A DNA stretch of 64,000 nucleotides from Alloascoidea hylecoeti (Eukaryota), in NCBI GenBank assembly GCA_001600815.1, contig BCKZ01000003.1, positions 979,474 to 1,043,473 on the forward strand, in the 5' to 3' direction. The notes beneath the pieces were generated by a model. It had not been told where the DNA came from, did no database searches, and was given only the letters and a program-made list of their open reading frames with translations. Shown one piece after another: positions 57,636 to 64,000 of the stretch (its first letter is position 1; every line of letters starts with the position of its first letter). The position numbers and the translations under genes were made by a program.

Positions 57636-59879
57636 TTACTGATTTATTTCTTGATTCTTCTTAATTGAAAGTTCAAGGTATTTTTCTTGCCCAACTTTTT
57701 CTGCTCCAATCAATATATCAATAGGCTCTTGTAGAAGATTAGCTCGCAAGTCAATTGTTACTTCCTCCATTTGTCGTAGTCCCTCGAAGGAATTTTCTTC
57801 AATACTTTCTTTTAATAAGGCTTGATTTGCTTCAATTATTTTCTTGGATAATTTCCCTTGGCGTTTCATATAACCAGCGAACAAAGTTGTTATTTTTTTT
57901 TCTACTTTATTTGCCTTTGAGACTTGTTTTGATAAGATATGAAGCAATTTATCATCATACTCTGATGTTGTTGAAGATGTGATTCCAGGTAATTGAAAAG
58001 GTATAAGGTTAGACGTTGTTAAATAATTCTTTGTAAATTGCTTTAATGATCCCATACTTTTAACTTCCATTTCAACTTCAGATAAAGCTTGTTTCTTTGA
58101 GTCATCATCTAAATCGGGAACTGTACCATTCACAGGTATTTTCTTTGTATGTCCTTCATATTTTATTTTATCAGATTTAACAAGTTTTTGCATTTCTGCA
58201 TCAACCTGTCTTTGAGCTTTAACTATCATAACTTCATTTGGATTATTCGTATCAGGTTCTTCATATACAAATTTGAATGATGACGTTGTTGGTAAAGGCA
58301 AATTATTTTGAATTACTTGAGATCGTCTCAAAAGTGCTCTTTTCTCTTCTTCTTCCTTTTCTTTTTGAATCTTTCTCTGTTTTTCACCCTCATCTTCAAC
58401 TTCTGTAGCATTATCATTTTCTTTTACTTCGTCTTCTTCAGGTAACAGAATTTCAAAATCATTTTTAGGCCGTGGTAGATTGAATAATTTTTGCCTTAAT
58501 ACTTTTCTCGGTGTTGCAGCTACATCAAGTCTATTTATCCCTAACTCGTCATTAACTGGAGTATAACTAGGAGTCCCTCTTAATGGTAGTACAGAAACAA
58601 GGGGATTGGGAGTTTGCATTACCGAAGTAGATGTGTTTGAGTTTTTATTATTTGTAGATGAGCTGGTGTCATTACCAGAATATGGGGTATTTTCTCCACC
58701 CAATAATGAAGATTGGATTTGTGTCATTGCTCTCAATTCCCTGGTAGCATTCAATATTTTATCGTCTTCACTAGCAACCATTGGTGTTCTTGTGCTTCCT
58801 ATATTAATAGCCGAAGAATAATTAGCAATTAAATTAACTGAAGCGCCAGTACCAGACCTATCTTCTTCTACATTTTGCTTATTCAGATGGCCAAATTTAA
58901 CAATATTATCGATTTCTGTTAATGAGACTTGAGGTGGTGGTAAATTTAATTTTCTTCTTTTTGAAATCTGATCAGTTTCTTTTAAATTTTGAAATTTAGC
59001 AGCGTTTTGTAGTGCTTTAGTTTCATCATTATTATTATCATTTTTATTAGAAAGATTTCTTTTCTTCTTTTCCTTTGTTGAATCTTTATTTGGTATTCCA
59101 CGTTTATTTGTTTCATGATCAAATTTTTGTTTTGCTAATTTTGCTTCATCATCTTCATCAGTGGTATCATAAAATCCAGGTAATGGTTTCTTTTCGAACG
59201 GAATTCCTGCATTATAATCCATTACTTTTATTTTTGAATTATATTTCTTTCGTTTTTGAAATTTGATGTTTTCACCAGCTTGTTTTAATTGTCTTTGAGC
59301 TAATAATTTCGATAATCTTTTACTTTGTTCAAGAGTTCTTTCTCTATCTTTTCTTTTTGCCTTTTTACCTTGTGTATTTGCTAATCTTGCTCTTGCTTCA
59401 CTTAACATTTCTTTTTCTTCATCATCCATATCGATTGAATCGGGTTTTGCAGGCCGCGTTTCTGGATTTGGATTAATATCACCAATTCTGAATCCACTAG
59501 TAGATCCTCCTCCAACTCCTGTTAATTTTAGAGCATCAAGTGAAGGATCTTTTTGTTCAGCATCATCCAATAGTGTTTGATACCTCTCTAAACATTGAGA
59601 AGCGGTCCGACCAACGAAAACAGCTATAGTTCTCCATTGTGTTGGCATGACTTTTGCCAGGTGTAGTAATTTTTCATCTTCTTCGCGTGACCATTCTATT
59701 TTTTTAATGGATGGATCCAACCATTCCTGCCATCTTGCTTTTGCTTGTTTTGCAGTTTTTCCATTCAATAGTGTTGAGACCCGCGACCATTGATTTAATC
59801 CATATTTGGAGACTGCCGCTATCAGACACTGATCTTCAGCATTTGACCAAACACCACCTTTTATATAAATCGGGGCCAT
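57636..59879 (-). CDS. CEF1: Pre-mRNA splicing factor Cef1/CDC5L (start at MAPIYIKGG)
   Basis: Two Myb repeats KGGVWSNAED...WLDPSIKKIEWSREEDEKLLHLAK; EMLSEARARLANTQGKKAKRK. Confidence 0.95.
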   Translation of the reverse strand: MAPIYIKGGVWSNAEDQCLIAAVSKYGLNQWSRVSTLLNGKTAKQAKARWQEWLDPSIKKIEWSREEDEKLLHLAKVMPTQWRTIAVFVGRTASQCLERYQTLLDDAEQKDPSLDALKLTGVGGGSTSGFRIGDINPNPETRPAKPDSIDMDDEEKEMLSEARARLANTQGKKAKRKDRERTLEQSKRLSKLLAQRQLKQAGENIKFQKRKKYNSKIKVMDYNAGIPFEKKPLPGFYDTTDEDDEAKLAKQKFDHETNKRGIPNKDSTKEKKKRNLSNKNDNNNDETKALQNAAKFQNLKETDQISKRRKLNLPPPQVSLTEIDNIVKFGHLNKQNVEEDRSGTGASVNLIANYSSAINIGSTRTPMVASEDDKILNATRELRAMTQIQSSLLGGENTPYSGNDTSSSTNNKNSNTSTSVMQTPNPLVSVLPLRGTPSYTPVNDELGINRLDVAATPRKVLRQKLFNLPRPKNDFEILLPEEDEVKENDNATEVEDEGEKQRKIQKEKEEEEKRALLRRSQVIQNNLPLPTTSSFKFVYEEPDTNNPNEVMIVKAQRQVDAEMQKLVKSDKIKYEGHTKKIPVNGTVPDLDDDSKKQALSEVEMEVKSMGSLKQFTKNYLTTSNLIPFQLPGITSSTTSEYDDKLLHILSKQVSKANKVEKKITTLFAGYMKRQGKLSKKIIEANQALLKESIEENSFEGLRQMEEVTIDLRANLLQEPIDILIGAEKVGQEKYLELSIKKNQEINQ

Positions 59880-60057
59880 TTTGATTTTTTTATACAGAAG
59901 TGAATAATAATATTTAAATGAATGTGGTGAAGTTTTGAGAGTAGCACAAATGCATAAACATCCATGTGCACTTGTGAGATGGTGGGCATATTTATTATTT
60001 AGCAAATCTAAAGCAAACATTTTGAATGAAACATTCAAATTGATACTTGAGAATCGC

Positions 60058-62763
60058 ATGAGACCTTTTCTCCCAAAACATCAAAAACTGATTCTTCAGT
60101 GTTATCCTCCTGGGAGGGTTACGGAGAAAAAGCCCAATCCAAGCGAGTTGTCATATTTTTTATATTATGCCTCGACGAGACGTATTAAGCTAGATAAAGT
60201 GGGGGCCTTTTTGGAAAGAAAGGGATTACACGATATTAATCGAGGAAAGGCGGGAAATGTCGGGGTCACACTGGATATCTTTGATGCTCTTATGGTGAAA
60301 TGCAAAGAAAACTTGAATGTCTTTGCCCATAATGTCGTTAATGTGTTAAAAGCAGTGACGAATTCCAAGGATTTAAGTTTATGTGAACACGGCGTAAAAG
60401 TGTTTGGTACTCTGTGTTTAGAACTGGATAGTGGACTTTTCAGTGGAGACAGGGACTTCGTTACAAGTTTCAATGAACTCGGTAATGACTACATTAATCT
60501 GGCAACAAATCCCACAGGAGCGAATGCTGCTCAGTGGACAATTATTGGATTAATAGCTGCTAGACATATTAGCGTGTCTACACAAATCTCCTCCACAGTA
60601 GCAAAAGAACTGGTACCCAAAATTATTAAACTTGTGCTATCTAATCTACCTAACAAATCGGGCGAAAAATTACTAAACTTGGTGTCCAGGATCAAACTAC
60701 AACCTGAAAATAGACAATCTTTAGACGTTCCCAGTTCCCTCCATGCTACAAGAACCATCTCCAATATGGAAGAAATTACTGACGATAATGATACACCGAG
60801 TATACAACAGCAATTAGAAGTTGAAGCAATGCAGTCCTTAAATAAAATATTCACAACAAATAATACAACTCAAATAATTCAATCCACAGAAGTAGTGAAG
60901 TGGTACATTTTGAAATTTTCAAAGTCAGAGACCTGGTCACAAATCCTCATTGAAACTATAACAAAATGGGTCCCTGTACAACTTCGATTTGCTATTGTTA
61001 CATCACTTGTATCATCTTCAAATGATGAAACAATCTTTGAGAATCAACTACGTATTGTGAAACTTACTACTGCTTTACTTTCTTCATCCGTTAATATGAT
61101 AGGTCTATCTGTAATCGATATCCTGCGACAATTATTAAACAGACAGAAAACCATTTTAAATACTCCAATTGAAAATGAAGATTTAAAAAATGAATTACTG
61201 TTAGAGTTGAGTAATTGCATAAGCAGCTTAGCAATCCATATCTATTATTTTGATCAAATCAGTGATATGGTTTCAGATATATTGCTTCGATGTTACACTA
61301 ATGAAGTTGATTTACCCAAAACTAATGCTGATGATACAACTAAAAACGTAATAAATGATGAAGTAAACGATCGTTTATTGGATCAATATATAATGGACGT
61401 TGAATTAATACTTCGAGTTTGTTCACAACAAAAAGCTGATGTTCAAAGAGCTAAAGTTCCTTTAGAACGTTGGGATATTTCATTCCCTTTATTTAATCAT
61501 AAAAGTAGTTCGATTCGTTCATCATATTTCAGTTTATTTTTATTTTTTTTATCACATGAAGTTAAAAAATCTGAAACTGAATTAAATTATTCTAAATATG
61601 TTGGTATTAAATTTCAATCAATGAAAAAAAATTCATTATCTTCACTTTTTCATCAAATTTATTTATTATCTTTATCCCCTACTTCTTCAAATGATGAATT
61701 TAACATTGTTGATAAGTTAATTGAAAATTTAATTCTTCATTATGGATCAAATGCAATTGTTTGTGGAATCCCTTACTTTGATAAATTACAAAAAGTTGCA
61801 GAAGAAAATAAAGCTGCTTCTATAGGGTCAACAAAAACTTTAGCATTACCAACGACTAAAATTGTGTACAATGAAAAACAAATCATAGATATGTTTTCCA
61901 TATCAACATTATTTTTCTTCCGTTCAGCAGTGTTTTTAAATTTACCTAATTTCATGATGATTATATTAGATCAAATTGAATATCAAAAAATTTGGGGTCC
62001 TGGTATCCCATTACCAACAAAAAATGGAACAGTAAGAACTAATCCAAACAAGACACTTAAACTAGAAAATCTTTCTAAAATTCATCCTTTCAAATCAGAC
62101 TTAATAAAAGAGGAATTGGGTATTAGTTCAATTCCAAAAGAACTCTTGGCTAATTGTTTTGGAGATCCGGATGATCAAACTAATATTAATAATAATAATA
62201 ATGAACTAAGTAGTGCTAAATCTTTTAATTTGCTTATTGATACTCAACGAAGACAAACAGTAACAACTGGAGCACCTGGAGTTGTAGACGCTTCATTTTA
62301 TGGAATTTCATATTCCCCCTCCTTAGATACGTTCAGTACAGGGAAATCAGTTAAACAAAGACCATCATCGCCAAAAGTAATGGACCTTAAACATGTTATT
62401 TCTAGTACTCAAAGTACAAGTTCAATGAGATCCTCAGGAATGACTTCACCAATTCAACCTCAAACACAATATAGATTCCCTTCAAGACAGGTATCAAGTC
62501 CTAAGGGTACTAATGGGTTTGGGAAAGATCTTTTATCTCCCAAGGATGCTGCTGGAAACGATGGTGATTCACAATACTCAGATCCACTACGTGCTCTTCA
62601 AGATATTGGTGATATGCCAAGGCCGCCTTCCTTTGGGTCATTTGGATCACTTGGATCAATAGGTCCAGTAAGCTTCAGATCAGGAATGGATATGGATGTT
62701 AGTTCTTTATTATCATCTATTAAACTTGAAGAAGGAGAAAATAGAGGGAAGTTAGTCGTTTAA
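60058..62763 (+). CDS. EFR3: Efr3, plasma-membrane scaffold of the Stt4 PI4K complex (start at MRPFLPKHQ)
   Basis: PKHQKLILQCYP, ELSYFLYYASTRRIKLDKVGAFL, SSVNMIGLSVIDIL, HIYYFDQISDMV. Confidence 0.93.
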   Translation: MRPFLPKHQKLILQCYPPGRVTEKKPNPSELSYFLYYASTRRIKLDKVGAFLERKGLHDINRGKAGNVGVTLDIFDALMVKCKENLNVFAHNVVNVLKAVTNSKDLSLCEHGVKVFGTLCLELDSGLFSGDRDFVTSFNELGNDYINLATNPTGANAAQWTIIGLIAARHISVSTQISSTVAKELVPKIIKLVLSNLPNKSGEKLLNLVSRIKLQPENRQSLDVPSSLHATRTISNMEEITDDNDTPSIQQQLEVEAMQSLNKIFTTNNTTQIIQSTEVVKWYILKFSKSETWSQILIETITKWVPVQLRFAIVTSLVSSSNDETIFENQLRIVKLTTALLSSSVNMIGLSVIDILRQLLNRQKTILNTPIENEDLKNELLLELSNCISSLAIHIYYFDQISDMVSDILLRCYTNEVDLPKTNADDTTKNVINDEVNDRLLDQYIMDVELILRVCSQQKADVQRAKVPLERWDISFPLFNHKSSSIRSSYFSLFLFFLSHEVKKSETELNYSKYVGIKFQSMKKNSLSSLFHQIYLLSLSPTSSNDEFNIVDKLIENLILHYGSNAIVCGIPYFDKLQKVAEENKAASIGSTKTLALPTTKIVYNEKQIIDMFSISTLFFFRSAVFLNLPNFMMIILDQIEYQKIWGPGIPLPTKNGTVRTNPNKTLKLENLSKIHPFKSDLIKEELGISSIPKELLANCFGDPDDQTNINNNNNELSSAKSFNLLIDTQRRQTVTTGAPGVVDASFYGISYSPSLDTFSTGKSVKQRPSSPKVMDLKHVISSTQSTSSMRSSGMTSPIQPQTQYRFPSRQVSSPKGTNGFGKDLLSPKDAAGNDGDSQYSDPLRALQDIGDMPRPPSFGSFGSLGSIGPVSFRSGMDMDVSSLLSSIKLEEGENRGKLVV

Positions 62764-63330
62764 TATTTTTATGAAAAAATTGATTTATTGTTTGTTTGAT
62801 TGTCGTGTATGATTTATTATATATGGGCATATCTTTATATAGTTAATATATTTATAAATGAGAGATTGTCGATGTTTTGTTAGATATTACGCATAAAAGT
62901 TTAATATCCCTTCATTTGGTTTTCAATCTTGAAGACTTATTTAAACAAATTAAAGACTATATACTTTTCAACTTTGAAGTCCTGTTTTTGGAAGTATTCA
63001 ACCCTATATTTCATTCTGTTTATTAAAAATGCTTAGTTAGAATAATTCTTATATAAACCCAATGGCAATTATTTTGCTAATATTTCATAGAAAACAAGTT
63101 CATTAGAATACTCGACAATATATTATAGCTATTCACAAATTGTCACATTTGCTCATAACTAATTTACTCCAGTGTATAAAATGTTTCCGTGGTGGTTACT
63201 TTCAACAACTGGTTCACAAGCTTCACAGAAGTCAACTATTGGTAAAATAATGAAATGAACTTAATGAAGCATATATGCATATAAGTAAATATTAGATACA
63301 ATTCTATTATCGGTACCAAAATGAAAAATA

Positions 63331-63456
63331 TTCGGTAAGCATGAGGGTGTGGGTGATTTTTCACTAATTAATGGGGCGGAGAACCGTTAGGCATGGCAGG
63401 CTTAAATTTGAAACAAGTTTGAGCCCTCCGGCTCCACTTGCTCTTTTGCTACCGAA
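63331..63456 (+). ncRNA. Candidate structured RNA (unassigned family)
   Basis: Nested stems by eye: TTCGGTAAGCA/TGCTACCGAA, GAGGGTG/TGCTCTT, GGTGA-TTTT-TCACT, GGGGCGGAG/CTCCGGCTCC, GGCTTAAATTTG-AAA-CAAGTTTGAGCC. Confidence 0.45.
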
Positions 63457-63498
63457 GATTCGTAAAAATAATAAAGCATCTAGTCATTATTTATACAG

Positions 63499-63780
63499 CT
63501 GTACTTTGCGTTATTACCGACCATTTGCGAATTTAGTGTTCTTTTAACAGCTTTCAAGTTTTTGAAAGACTGGTTTAAGTTTTACCATATTTTGTTGGGC
63601 ATCAAGGTGCCCGAATATTTAAACCAAGATGGCCGAACTTTAATGAGAACACTAGTTGAATATTATTGCGACATATAGTCGAATTATTAATTTGTGCGTT
63701 GGCAAATAGTTTCTCAAATACAGACACATATAGGTATATAACAGGTCGATAAATGGTCGATAATTACGCAAAGTACGGTA
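63499..63780. mobile_element. MITE-like element with ~28-bp imperfect terminal inverted repeats
   Basis: 63499-63526 ctgtactttgcgttattaccgaccattt versus 63751-63778 aaatggtcgataattacgcaaagtacgg (25/28 complementary); internal similarity to 1.2-1.4 kb and 21.5-21.75 kb. Confidence 0.6.
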
Positions 63781-64000
63781 TACTGTTGTTCAGCTTGTTA
63801 CCAAATATTGAGAGCAAATACAGCCAATTTGATATGAAGACAAAACAATTAGGCCGAAATGCAGACAGAATAACTAATTACACTAATTTAAATACTAAAA
63901 TTGGGCCTTGTAATATATTACTATGTAAAATCCTGGTCAAATATTTTGTCAGTTTGTGTATCATTTATCTTATAAATTTGGTCCAATTTGATGGATTTCC

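Noticed and set aside
59880..60059. Overlapping N-terminal extensions of CEF1 (807 aa) and EFR3 (942 aa) in the ORF track
   Set aside because: Conserved N-termini begin at MAPIYIKGG (59879) and MRPFLPKHQ (60058); the extensions are non-conserved-looking open frames

Overview
AT-rich, moderately intron-rich budding-yeast (Saccharomycotina-like) nuclear chromosome segment. Genes, in order: 3' end of a YOR1-type ABCC transporter, a RING-H2 fragment, a PMA1 pseudogene fragment, a second full YOR1-type gene (scattered Ns), SWD3, ARC35, PEP4, tropomyosin, an AIM44-like protein, ECM31, a scrambled Bul1/arrestin-like pseudogene, SEC62, UMP1, a SMY2/GIGYF-like GYF protein, SSE1, a SulP/STAS transporter, a BEM4-like ARM protein, SKY1, a second arrestin-like pseudogene copy, SRS2, STT4, GLE2, CCDC124/LSO2-like, a CLC transporter, CEF1 and EFR3. 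I resolved 20 spliceosomal introns by hand. The most interesting observations are: (1) the 161-aa tropomyosin ends in UAG-CAA-CUG, followed in frame by 117 open codons that continue the coiled coil and end in a hydrophobic tail, a candidate stop-codon-readthrough, membrane-anchored tropomyosin isoform; (2) a 126-nt GC-rich multi-stem, G-U-containing candidate structured RNA at 63331-63456; (3) a degenerate MITE-like family in several intergenic regions. Gene names come from motif recognition, not database searches.
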